Shown here piece after piece: positions 28,526 through 39,407 of a stretch of DNA of 64,000 nt. Each line of letters opens with the position of its first letter. The stretch's first letter is position 1. A model generated the notes under the pieces. That model had not been told where the DNA came from and did no database searches. It saw only the letters and a list, made by a program, of their open reading frames with translations. Source of the DNA: Candidatus Cloacimonadales bacterium (GTDB lineage: Bacteria; Cloacimonadota; Cloacimonadia; Cloacimonadales; JAFGVF01); the NCBI GenBank assembly GCA_963677495.2, contig CAXXOU010000004.1, positions 768,001 to 832,000 on the forward strand, in the 5' to 3' direction. The translations under genes were made by a program, and so were the position numbers.

Positions 28526-30079
28526 TTAAACAGGGATGTTACCATGTTTCTTAGGAGGTAATGATTCACTCTTTGTGCAAAGGACATGCATAGCGTCAAT
28601 CAATCTTGCTCTTGTTTCAGCAGGTCTGATTATGGCTTCAACATATCCTCTTTCTGCTGCTCTGTATGGATTATTAAAGAGTTCTTCATATTCGTGAATC
28701 TTTCTAGCTCTTTCAGCTTCAGGGTCATCTGCATTCTTAATCTCATTTCTATAGATAATGTTTGCAGCACCCTTAGCACCCATAACAGCAATTTCAGCTG
28801 ATGGCCAGGCAAAAATCATATCTGCACCAAGGTGTTTTGAACTCATAGCAATATATGAACCACCGTAGTTCTTACGAGTAACAACTGTCATTTTAGGAAC
28901 AGTAGCTTCTGAGTAAACCCAAAGAAGTTTAGCACCATGACGGATGATTCCACTCCACTCCTGATGGCAACCAGGTAAGTAACCCGGAACGTCAACAAGT
29001 GTGAGTAATGGAATATTAAATGAATCACAGAAACGAATAAAGCGGGATGCTTTATCACTTGCATCGATATCTAGACAACCGGCAAGCACGATAGGCTGGT
29101 TAGCAATAATACCAACTGTACGTCCATCAAGTCTGGCAAATGAGATAATGATGTTCTGAGCATAGTACTCATGTGGTTCATACATATAACCATCATCAAC
29201 GATTGCCTTGATTACATCACGCATATCGTAACCCATCATTGGATTGTCAGGAATGATTTCATCGAGTTCAGGAGCTAATCTATGAGGATCATCCTGAGTT
29301 TGAACGAGTGGTGGTTCTTCCATGTTGTTACTTGGTAAGAAACCTAACAACTCACGAATGCTTTCAATAGCTTCAGCATCGCTTTCACATGCAAAGTGTG
29401 CGTTTCCTGATTTAGTATTGTGTGTCCATGCACCACCGAGCTCTTCCTGAGTTGTAACCTCTCCGGTTACTGCTCTGATAACGTCCGGTCCGGTAATGAA
29501 CATAAAACTTGAATTCTTAACCATGTAGATAAAGTCTGTCATCGCAGGACTGTAAACAGCACCACCGGCACAAGGTCCCATAATAGCTGAGATCTGTGGT
29601 ATAACTCCTGAGAACCTAGAGTTACGGATAAAGATATCACCATATCCTTTAAGTGCATCCACACCTTCTTGAATTCTAGCACCACCTGAATCATTGATAC
29701 CAACTAGTGGCACACCTGATTTACCCGCCATGTCCATAATCTTACAGATCTTAGCAGCGTGCATCTCTCCAAGTGAACCTGCTCTTGCAGTGAAGTCCTG
29801 TGCAAAAGCACAAACCGGTCTTCCATTGATGAGACCATGCCCTGTTACAACACCATCACTTGGGATATCTTTCTTTTCCATTCCAAAGTTGGTGCAGCGA
29901 TGTTTTACAAACTTGTCAATTTCTCTGAAAGTACCCGGATCGAATAATAGCCCTATTCTTTCACGAGCAGTCAGTTTACCCTTCTTATGTTGCTTCTCAA
30001 TCTGGGCTTCTCCGCCCATCATTTCAATCTTCTTTTCTTTTTCCAATAAGTTATTGATTTTGTCTTTTGTAGTTGACAT
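28526..30079 (-). CDS. Methylmalonyl/propionyl-CoA carboxyltransferase (12S / PccB-like)
   Basis: GKLTARERI, DSGGARIQEG, GPCAGGAVYSPAMTD, DVPGYLPG, KKHGNIP. Confidence 0.94.
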   Translation of the reverse strand: MSTTKDKINNLLEKEKKIEMMGGEAQIEKQHKKGKLTARERIGLLFDPGTFREIDKFVKHRCTNFGMEKKDIPSDGVVTGHGLINGRPVCAFAQDFTARAGSLGEMHAAKICKIMDMAGKSGVPLVGINDSGGARIQEGVDALKGYGDIFIRNSRFSGVIPQISAIMGPCAGGAVYSPAMTDFIYMVKNSSFMFITGPDVIRAVTGEVTTQEELGGAWTHNTKSGNAHFACESDAEAIESIRELLGFLPSNNMEEPPLVQTQDDPHRLAPELDEIIPDNPMMGYDMRDVIKAIVDDGYMYEPHEYYAQNIIISFARLDGRTVGIIANQPIVLAGCLDIDASDKASRFIRFCDSFNIPLLTLVDVPGYLPGCHQEWSGIIRHGAKLLWVYSEATVPKMTVVTRKNYGGSYIAMSSKHLGADMIFAWPSAEIAVMGAKGAANIIYRNEIKNADDPEAERARKIHEYEELFNNPYRAAERGYVEAIIRPAETRARLIDAMHVLCTKSESLPPKKHGNIPV

Positions 30080-30179
30080 TTAAACTCCTTTAGTATAGAG
30101 TCAGAATTAGCACATATAATTGTCCTTTTCAGTTATAAGTCAAGCTAAATTATTAAGTAATGAAGTGAGGAAAGCATCT

Positions 30180-31127
30180 ATGCCAACTAAAGATAATGAT
30201 AGAAAAAGTGTTGCGGTTGTGTTAGGAGGGGGTGCAGCGTTAGGTCTGGCACATATTGGAGTATTGAGTGTCATTCAAAAATATTTTAAGATTGAAGGCA
30301 TTATTGGTACAAGTATGGGTTCAATAATCGGGGGATTATATGCTTATGGGAAGACCCCTGAATGGATGTTGGAGACAATCAAAGATTATAATTTCCTGCG
30401 AGTATTCAATCCCATACATTTCGATTTCACAATGAAAGGTATATTCAATGGGAAGACAATGTTGGAAGAACTCGACAAGTTTGCTGATGGTGGTATGATT
30501 GAGAACTGTGACATACCATTCTATGCAGTGGCATATGATATTCATACTAAAAGATCAGTTATCATTCATAAAGGTCCTTTAGCGAAAGCAATGCGTGCAT
30601 CTTCAAGTTTACCGTATGTGCTGTCTCCATATAAATATGAACAATATCTTTTCTTAGATGGGGGAGTGGAGTATCCTGTACCGGTAAACTTTGCCAAACA
30701 ACTGTTCTCCAATCTACCAATTATTGCTGTAAATGTACAAGAACCATTACCTAAAACTGCAACATTCTTTAAACCTGAGAACATTAAAAGAAAGAGGAAG
30801 CTTGATATTGGTTTTGTAGAAGCACTTCTCGAAAGTGTATATGGAAATCAAGCATATCTCAGTATCAATGAGATTATCAATGAGAAACCGGATATAGTAA
30901 TAAATCCATTCAATCCTGAATATACTTTTAAAGATTTTCAAAAGGCACAGGAGTTCTATGACTTAGGAGTGAAAACTGCAGAAAATGAGATTAAAAGCTA
31001 TCTAAATAAGCCTGAAAAACTTGATAATTTAGCTATCTACAAAGATAGACTTGAACAAATACGTAAAGATATAGCAGATAAACTCCCGCTTTTTAAGGAA
31101 TTAGCTAATACTTTCAAGAAGAGCTAG
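30180..31127 (+). CDS. Patatin-like phospholipase
   Basis: GGGAALG, GTSMG, DGG motifs; start probably ATG 30180. Confidence 0.9.
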   Translation: MPTKDNDRKSVAVVLGGGAALGLAHIGVLSVIQKYFKIEGIIGTSMGSIIGGLYAYGKTPEWMLETIKDYNFLRVFNPIHFDFTMKGIFNGKTMLEELDKFADGGMIENCDIPFYAVAYDIHTKRSVIIHKGPLAKAMRASSSLPYVLSPYKYEQYLFLDGGVEYPVPVNFAKQLFSNLPIIAVNVQEPLPKTATFFKPENIKRKRKLDIGFVEALLESVYGNQAYLSINEIINEKPDIVINPFNPEYTFKDFQKAQEFYDLGVKTAENEIKSYLNKPEKLDNLAIYKDRLEQIRKDIADKLPLFKELANTFKKS

Positions 31128-31143
31128 CAGTTGCTGAGATTTT

Positions 31144-31170
31144 AAAAGGGAAGCGAAATGCTTCCCTTTT
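31144..31170. terminator. Bidirectional intrinsic terminator
   Basis: AAAAGGGAAGC-GAAAT-GCTTCCCTTTT between convergent genes. Confidence 0.85.
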
Positions 31171-31193
31171 ACTATTTATCAGATATAATCCTA

Positions 31194-31988
31194 TTAAATA
31201 TGTGAGTTAATCTCTTTACGCAACTTATCAGCTTCCTGACCGGCTACTTCTGCAAATTTCTCTGATTTATCTTTAAAGATAATGCCACGAGACGAGTTTA
31301 TTAAGATGCGTAAATCGTCAGGGTTTGCACCTGCATGTTTCACAACAGCTTCAACGCTTCCACCCTGAGCTCCGATTCCGGGAACCAAGAAGAGTGTGTT
31401 AGGCATAATTGCTCTAAGATCAGAAAGTTCTTCTGTATTAGTTCCACCCACAACTGCACCGGCTTGCTCCATTGGGAGTTCAGCAAGTTTCTCAGAAATC
31501 CTTTTATAAAGATTCTCAGGTTTAAGGTAATCTACTGAAGTAGGATTAGAAGTTAAAGCTAAAGAGAAGAAGAACTTATCTTCAAAAGCTAAAAGCGGTT
31601 TATATACATCATGTCCCATAAGGGGATTACATGTGATAGCATCAACTTTCCAAGTTTCAAAGAAAGCTTTCGCATATTGAGTCATTGTGTTACCAATATC
31701 ACCTGTTTTCACATCTAAGATTACCGGAATCTTCTCAGGGATATAGTCTAAAGTCTTCTCTAAAGCTTCAAGTCCCATTTTTCCTGCGGAAAGATAGAAA
31801 GCAAAGTTAGGTTTGTAAGCAGCAGCATAACCCTTGGTTGCATCAATAATAGCTTTATTGAATGTGAAGATAGGATTTTCAGTTTCCATTACACAGTCAG
31901 GTAACTTAGTGATGTCACTATCAAGTCCTACGCATACGTATGAGTTGTTCTCTTTAATTATGTTCTTATATTTTGTCCAAAAACTCAT
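31194..31988 (-). CDS. pyrF: Orotidine-5'-phosphate decarboxylase
   Basis: CVGLD, YKPN.AF, LDVKTGDIGNT, LVPGIGAQGG, NSSRGI. Confidence 0.95.
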   Translation of the reverse strand: MSFWTKYKNIIKENNSYVCVGLDSDITKLPDCVMETENPIFTFNKAIIDATKGYAAAYKPNFAFYLSAGKMGLEALEKTLDYIPEKIPVILDVKTGDIGNTMTQYAKAFFETWKVDAITCNPLMGHDVYKPLLAFEDKFFFSLALTSNPTSVDYLKPENLYKRISEKLAELPMEQAGAVVGGTNTEELSDLRAIMPNTLFLVPGIGAQGGSVEAVVKHAGANPDDLRILINSSRGIIFKDKSEKFAEVAGQEADKLRKEINSHI

Positions 31989-31990
31989 TC

Positions 31991-32551
<561 letters not shown>

Positions 32552-32677
32552 TTAAATAAAATGTCCTGTTAAGTTACGTCAAGCATAAATTCATTATATA
32601 TTTTCTCTTTGTAAATCACAGGATAAGTATCAACTTTGAATTCATTCAATTAATTATGAACCTGATGCAGAAATTGT

Positions 32678-32706
32678 TTGACATCTTTTATTTTACACAA
32701 TAGTAT
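32678..32706 (+). promoter_or_regulatory. Sigma70-type promoter
   Basis: TTGACA-N17-TAGTAT upstream of RBS AGGAGG and the 32725 start. Confidence 0.65.
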
Positions 32707-32724
32707 ATACTTAGGAGGTGAAGA

Positions 32725-33138
32725 ATGGACATACAAAAAGCAAAAGCTGTTCGCCTTATTTTCAATATCGTCCGTGCAGTCATGTTATTCTACACAGTGC
32801 TATTCATACTATTCTCACTCTTCTCCGGTTCAGAAGGCTATGGAGGAGGAGTTAAAGGCTTATTACGTAATTCACCCAACATGTTCCCATGGTTAGTATT
32901 GCTGCTCATCAATTTCCTGAGCTGGGGTTGGGAAAAGACCGGCGGAATTCTTTTAATCATCTACGGTTTGTTTAGTGCTTTCTTTTTTGGTGGCTTTACC
33001 GGTAACATGTTCATTGTCTTCGCTATCACTGTGCCGTTGATTGTATTTGGCATCGCTACCATAGTTTTTGGTAATTTCAAGAGTATTCATCCAAACTATT
33101 TTGCAAGGGTAAATAAGGAATATCATTTACGAGAGTAA
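32725..33138 (+). CDS. Small membrane protein
   Basis: 137 aa, about 4 hydrophobic helices, strong RBS. Confidence 0.8.
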   Translation: MDIQKAKAVRLIFNIVRAVMLFYTVLFILFSLFSGSEGYGGGVKGLLRNSPNMFPWLVLLLINFLSWGWEKTGGILLIIYGLFSAFFFGGFTGNMFIVFAITVPLIVFGIATIVFGNFKSIHPNYFARVNKEYHLRE

Positions 33139-33163
33139 ATTGTACTTCCCATTCAATTATGAG

Positions 33164-33202
33164 ACGTACATCATTGGAGTCCTAGTGGTGTACGTTTTTT
33201 TC
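33164..33202 (+). terminator. Probable intrinsic terminator
   Basis: ACGTACATCA...TGGTGTACGT followed by a T run. Confidence 0.55.
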
Positions 33203-33258
33203 TACTTATTATCTGATTTCCAAAATAAACATTAAACTCCTTTGTTCATCTTCAGTCT

Positions 33259-33386
33259 CAGCAGTAAATATTGATCCCAAACAGGTTTTAACTTGGGTAT
33301 ATGTTGGTAATTTCTTAGCAATTAGGCCAAGGATTGGCCAAGTGTTGGCCAAGTGTTGACCAAGAGTTTGGCAGGATTTACTGCTG
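33259..33386. repeat. 128-bp inverted-repeat-bounded element with 11-bp repeats
   Basis: IR CAGCAGTAAAT/ATTTACTGCTG; CCAAG at 33327, 33338, 33349, 33360 and GCAGG at 33371; homologous to 49636-49763. Confidence 0.85.
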
Positions 33387-33439
33387 GGAGATGAGGGAGT
33401 GTTGTAGGGCAAACAAGCTGCATGCCCTACGTAACAAGT

Positions 33440-36400
33440 CTAAAAGCCTGTAATGAAGAAAGTACCCGGTTCATTAACTACTACAATTGCAGAATTATTA
33501 TATCTTGAAAATTCCAGATAGAACTGATTATCACTGAACTCATCAACGTATGTGTACTCTGTGATAGCACCATTCAAGTCTCTGAAATATAGCCTAAGAT
33601 TGGAACCAACATAACTTGGTGGGAACTGAAGATATAATAGTGGGCTTTCCTCATTTGCATGATCGAATATGAAACTCGTTGTAATTGGTTGGTCATTAAA
33701 ATCTTTAAAAGCAATATCATAGCCAGCGATAGGGGAGTAGCCCGGAATTGCAATATTGTTAGATATCTGAACTCTATTACCTACTTGGAAATAGTGAGGT
33801 AAAAAGTATGCCGGAAGCATAAATTGAGTCTGATATAAGGAGACATTAACAGGTTCAGTTAGGGAAGTGATTTCATAATCTGCTATTTGTAGTGGTGTGT
33901 TTTCATCAATAGCGAAGTAGTAACCTGGATCATGGACTAAGAACATAGCTCCGTTCTCACCAATTACATAGTCATAACCGTTCAGCTCTGTTCCTAGTGG
34001 ATATGGGTATAGTCGACCACGATTATCTGGTGTAAAGTAGAAGAGGTGTGTTTGATTAGTTGAAACAATATCGACAATAGGATTTATCTCTGCTAGTAGT
34101 GTATCCAGGTTTGTTCCATTACCATCTGTTAATGAGAAATCATAAACTGAAGAAACAAGTTCACTATCATATTGATTCATTAAATCAATCGCTTCAGATG
34201 GTATTGACTCAGTAATGGAAGCATTTAAGAGAAGTCCAACCGGATATGTATTCTGAATCTCATTGTTTAAGTTGCAAAAGCAGGATAAATAGGGGTTCAT
34301 GATTGTAGTTTGCTCTTTAGCAAGTGGTATAATAACCTGATCTGCTAGCTTATTTAAGCTTGCAAATAGTTTCAGAGATGATCTATCAATACCCAAATGT
34401 AGTAAACCATCTGAGTATGAATATTTTGTATTGTCAGTGGTTTCTTCAATTGTGACTATGCTTATTGAATCATTGCTTTCAAGTATATCAATATATACAT
34501 ATTATCAGCAGGTTCAGGATGTGATCTGGAAAGAATGATTACTTCACCATCTTGCAAAGATTCCAGAGGGACATCATCAATAAAGAGATTAGCTTCATAC
34601 ACAAACTCGGGTGTATCAATATTAAGTAAATTTGGGTTGAAATATGAAGTGTTTATATTGTTTTGAGGGCTAGTATCAATATGAACCTGATGGGCAGATA
34701 CAACACTGTTTGTACTAATGAAGAAATCATCAGTCATAATCTCAACAGCACTTGGAGGAAGAAAGAAAGTGTATTCATCTAGATCTGTATCAGTATCAGC
34801 AATTACATATTTACTGCTTGAGATGGATCCGAAATAGATGAAGTTGTCTACGGATGCATAATGATTCTCATTGTACTCATCCCCGGCAGTTTGATAATAT
34901 AGTTCAAAATCGATAAGCGTGTTGTTGATAGTAAAAAGGTGTGGGTTTGTAGAGTTTATTAAATCAGAACTAAGTCCTATTTCAATAAACTCATCATCTT
35001 CTAACTCCTGAACTACTAAATCTCCATCTCTCATAATTGTATGCAAAGTGAATGGGGTAGATTCAAGTGTAAAAGGCTCACCTGCGAAGATTCTATCATA
35101 GTAGGGTATCTCAGTATCAAAGATAAGCTCGATTGATGTTAAATCATCTGTATATTCGTTATTATGGATAGTAAGGTTACCATAATCAAACCAAACATTG
35201 TCATAAGGGATATGTACGGTTTTAGATTCAAGATTAGGCTCGTAATCAGCGAAGAAATACTCACTGTTTGAGTTGACACCAAAGTAAAGAAATCCATCTG
35301 AAGATGTATAATGCTCTTCATCGTAACTATCACTTTCGGTTAGATAATCCACAGTTAGAGAATATCCATCATCTTTGTGGAAGAAGAGTAATCTGTCAGC
35401 TTTGCTTTCAGGGAAACCGACTTCGATGTACATATCATCCGGTAGCTCCGATACTAGCTCTCCATCAATTTCAAATGAAAAACCATAAATACTATTAGGA
35501 GTTGCAAGGTTATAACTCTGTGCTCCGAACTTTGAGTCCCAATCAGTTATACTGCTATCAAGATTCAAGGTAAGATAAGCATTATCAATTACAGTATTCT
35601 CAAGATTGCAGTAGAAATCACCCAGATAAATTGAAGAATATGTTCCATCTATAGGAACTTGATATGATTGTGTTTCAGGAATACTGTTGACTAAAAGGTA
35701 TTCTCCTGAACTATTTGGAAAAAGCTTTAGAGTATTGCTATTAAAACTCCATAACTCACTTGATGAGTTTAGCAATACTAAATCATGATTTTGGCTTAGC
35801 AATAAGTGCGTGGGCTCAGATTCAACTAAATCTTTGTATTGCAGGACAATATACATGTTGTCAGGGAGTTTTGTTTTAAAATCAATACTTAATGATTTGC
35901 TACTAACTAACATGTTATTGTAAAGAGCTTGAGCAGATTGAAGTGTTGGTGCTGAAATGCTAGTATCAATATCTATTGCATTTGAGAAACCAAGATCAGA
36001 TGGTAGGAAACAATTGAATCTTTTAGTTAATACATGTAGATTCTTGTTTATATAATCTATAGAATAATGTTCTCTTAACTTAGCCGTAGTATAATAGAAT
36101 CCAAATTCTTCTCCAGGAGTAAGAGGAAGTGATAAGAATGTTGATTCGGGTTCAAGAGCATTGTAGTCGAAGTCTTGTATGAATTCATCATCCCATGTAA
36201 TCATACACAATTCTGATTGGCTCTCTTCTGTTACAGGTATGAAAGCTTTGAAAGCGTTCTCAGGGAATTTAGATGAGAAATCAACAAGCATAGAATCACG
36301 ATAAACGCCAAAGAAATAAGTTGGAGTTGCTTCATTGTACTCAGGTGAAATATAGATAGTATCCCTTTCCACAAAACTTTCTACTTCCCCAAACCAAAGA

Positions 36401-36663
36401 AAGTCACCTTTTACGAGGAGAGAATCACTAATGATTTCTTTATTAACTAATAGATATGCATCTGTGTTTTGTGATGGCACATAGTAGTTCATAGTTTCAG
36501 TAATCTCAGTTCCGATGAAGTAACCGGGTATATCACTTTCTGTAATAGAGAAAGGATCAACTCCAACAGGATAATCATTGCTTTCCCTAAAGCATCCGGA
36601 TAGTGTAAGTAAAAGTAGGCTTATATATGTCAGTTTCTTTATAACTACCAAACGAAACTCCAT
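33440..36663 (-). pseudogene. Large acidic repeat lipoprotein, split by a single frameshift at ~34490 (possibly an assembly error)
   Basis: Lipobox LSGC; internal repeats (HYTSSDGFLYFG, HYASVDNFIYFG). The -1 frame after 34500 reads DILESNDS...YSYSDGLLHLGIDR, in frame with ORF 33440-34396. Confidence 0.75.
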
Positions 36664-37880
36664 TATAGTTTGAATTTGTAACCTACTGTTCCAGTGTAGG
36701 CGTATGTATCATCATTAATAGTATATGATAAAGAGAAGATAAAGCTCTTCGGAGAATATTTGAGACCTAGACCATATGATAAAATAGGCTCATCATGGTT
36801 ATCTATAACATATCCAGTCGGTGAAACGTAAAACTCTTTGTCACCCCAAAAGACGTAAGCATTTGGAGTGAAATTATATGGCAAGTAGTAGATAAGATTT
36901 GAATGGAAAAGCCAATAATCATCATCCATATCTTCTACTTCATAATCTCTGATACTGCTACTTAACTCTACTTTAAGACCAATGTTATCAAGTTTAGTTT
37001 CATACCATATAGTGTTTTGAATTGTAGAAAGAATATCATAATAGAAGTATGAAAATGCATAACCCAGTCTATTATAGCCGTATTGATTGATAAACTCCTT
37101 CTGATACATAACTGAACCACCATAAGTGTCATATAACAACTTATAATCACCTGAAATGTATGTTAAATCGATACCTGATTTCCAACCGGAACCGATAAAC
37201 TTATAACCGAGACTGTAACTGTCACGTTTTGTATCATCTGATTCGAAGTGATTATATCTCATACTGATTAGATTTGTTCTCATAGTGATATGTGTAGAAC
37301 CAAAATAGGATACATTGTCATCATCAGAAGAACTGTAACCGGAATAGATTGATGTGAAAAAAGGCATCTTCTCAAGGTAATCCAATTTTTGAGATGCAAT
37401 ATAGTTATTACTATTCACTTTAAGTGCGTTCCTAAGATAACCTTCTGCCTTAGAAAGGTAATGTAGATCTATGTAGTTCATACCAAGACCAGTAAGCTCT
37501 ATTGATCGGTCAGCAGAACCAAGAATAGCTGTTTTATAATAGTGAATACTTTTAAAGTTATTACCTTCAAGGTAATTAATGTAACCTAAGTAACTTGCAA
37601 ATATTCTGTTGGGAGAACAGCATATAAGTGCAGTACCCGCATCGACTTTTGCTCTATCTAGATGTTTGAGAGCTAGTGAAGACTCTATTGCTCCAATATA
37701 TGCATTGATATTTGTACTGTCAGCATCAATAACATCGTAATATGCATTTCGAGCAGTAAGATACTGTTTATTTAGTAATAACTGATATGCTTTTTCAATG
37801 GAAGCATTAGCCAGCAATTGTAAGGGTAAAATCAGTATTATAAGAAAGAGACTATTTCTTAATAGCTGCTTCATATTCAC
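36663..37880 (-). CDS. Secreted TPR protein with probable C-terminal outer-membrane beta-barrel
   Basis: Signal peptide, TPR-like helices, then Tyr/Gly/Ser-rich alternating strands ending GYKFKL. Confidence 0.65.
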   Translation of the reverse strand: MNMKQLLRNSLFLIILILPLQLLANASIEKAYQLLLNKQYLTARNAYYDVIDADSTNINAYIGAIESSLALKHLDRAKVDAGTALICCSPNRIFASYLGYINYLEGNNFKSIHYYKTAILGSADRSIELTGLGMNYIDLHYLSKAEGYLRNALKVNSNNYIASQKLDYLEKMPFFTSIYSGYSSSDDDNVSYFGSTHITMRTNLISMRYNHFESDDTKRDSYSLGYKFIGSGWKSGIDLTYISGDYKLLYDTYGGSVMYQKEFINQYGYNRLGYAFSYFYYDILSTIQNTIWYETKLDNIGLKVELSSSIRDYEVEDMDDDYWLFHSNLIYYLPYNFTPNAYVFWGDKEFYVSPTGYVIDNHDEPILSYGLGLKYSPKSFIFSLSYTINDDTYAYTGTVGYKFKL

Positions 37881-38457
37881 TCAGATATTTACTTGATGGT
37901 GCATACTTCTTTACAAACTCATACTGAGTTTTAGCTTTCATGAAATCAGATGAGTATGTATAGCAACCAAGTAAGTAACATCTACTATCGATATGATATG
38001 GGTAGCGAGTTAGGATTTTAGTATAAACCTTTGCTGCTTTTGTCCAATCTCCTTTGAGGAAGAAAGCATAAGCTTTATAACCAAGTGCTGTGAAGTCATA
38101 TGGATATTTCTTCAGTACTTCATCTGAGTACTTAATTACTTTATCCCAGTCAGCAGTATAATAAGCAACAAGGTTTAAACCCTCTAATGCTTCAGTGGAT
38201 TTATCCATTTTATATGCTTTTTCATAGTAGTTCTTTGCAGATACATAATCAGCACTAAGATAGCTTAGCCAACCTAATCTAATGTTGTAAAATGCATTGT
38301 TAGGATCTGACTTAATTAGGGAATGCATAGCTTCTAGAGCTGCAGTATACTGATAGTTAGTCTCATAATTATATGATCTTGTTAAAGGATTCTCATTTTG
38401 GGCATAAAGAAAGCTCATCGCAATCAATACAACAACTAATATTATTATCTTCTTCAT
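37852..38457 (-). CDS. Periplasmic tetratricopeptide repeat protein
   Basis: Signal peptide; RLGWLSYL..DY..A..YY.KA TPR pattern. Confidence 0.82.
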   Translation of the reverse strand: MKKIIILVVVLIAMSFLYAQNENPLTRSYNYETNYQYTAALEAMHSLIKSDPNNAFYNIRLGWLSYLSADYVSAKNYYEKAYKMDKSTEALEGLNLVAYYTADWDKVIKYSDEVLKKYPYDFTALGYKAYAFFLKGDWTKAAKVYTKILTRYPYHIDSRCYLLGCYTYSSDFMKAKTQYEFVKKYAPSSKYLSEYEAAIKK

Positions 38458-39405
38458 CTATTCCTCCATAAGTTTTAAATTCTTACTTAGCTCTTCAGAA
38501 AACAATTTTGCTCCTAAAGCATTTAAATGATCACCATCTCCGAAACCTTTATCAGGTAATGGAAAACGCGAAAAATCTAGGTATTTAGCATTAAATTCCT
38601 GCTTAAGATGATCATAAACAACCACATGGTTTCGTTTAAAAGCATCCGGTATTTTATTGTAATAATCGTCGTGGACAGGAGTGTTTATAAGAATTATCTC
38701 TATATTGTTTTCGTTACACATACTGCAAATCTTTTTTACGTATGAATACATGAGTTCAGATATTCCTGCTTTTGCGCCATCACTATCATAATGTGCTTTC
38801 AATGACTGTTGTATTGTATCATTCGAAAGGTTACATGTATCATTATATCGATAATATCCACCGAATGGATAGTTTGCTATGTCCGGTTTACCATTGTGCA
38901 TAAGATAGAAAAACAGGTGCATGTTATTTGAAAAGTCGAAGGGTAATCCCCAATCATACTTAAGCTTAGTATATAACCAATCACCATCTTTCTTTGATGT
39001 AAAGATATTTTCTTGATCCGAAATAATCGGGTAATATCTGTTTAAAAGAACATTGCGTCTAACTCCCAACATCTCTTCATCATACAGTGTTGAGAAGTTA
39101 TGATAGGAGAAATTGAGCAGAACTCTTTCAGGTTTGCTGTACTTGAGGAAATAAGTTAACTTCACGTACGTTAGAAAGTAATTCTCACTGTTTTTCGATA
39201 GATTTACAGAGTCCTCGATAATATCAGGATCAATTGCACACTGAGTATGAGAATCTCCCATAATGAATGTTTTTTCATCCAAGGAGAAATACTTAGGATT
39301 ATAGATAGTTGGTAAGAACACAAACTTGTTCACTAAAGTTAATCCAATTATGAAAGCACTTGTAATCAGTAAAAAAATCAGTATGTATTTAAATATATTA
39401 CGCAT
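38458..39405 (-). CDS. SGNH/GDSL-like (DltD/AlgJ-like) membrane-anchored protein
   Basis: N-terminal TM helix, MGDSH, INTPVH, FGDGDHLN..GA; adjacent to MBOAT. Confidence 0.75.
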   Translation of the reverse strand: MRNIFKYILIFLLITSAFIIGLTLVNKFVFLPTIYNPKYFSLDEKTFIMGDSHTQCAIDPDIIEDSVNLSKNSENYFLTYVKLTYFLKYSKPERVLLNFSYHNFSTLYDEEMLGVRRNVLLNRYYPIISDQENIFTSKKDGDWLYTKLKYDWGLPFDFSNNMHLFFYLMHNGKPDIANYPFGGYYRYNDTCNLSNDTIQQSLKAHYDSDGAKAGISELMYSYVKKICSMCNENNIEIILINTPVHDDYYNKIPDAFKRNHVVVYDHLKQEFNAKYLDFSRFPLPDKGFGDGDHLNALGAKLFSEELSKNLKLMEE

Positions 39406-39407
39406 AG

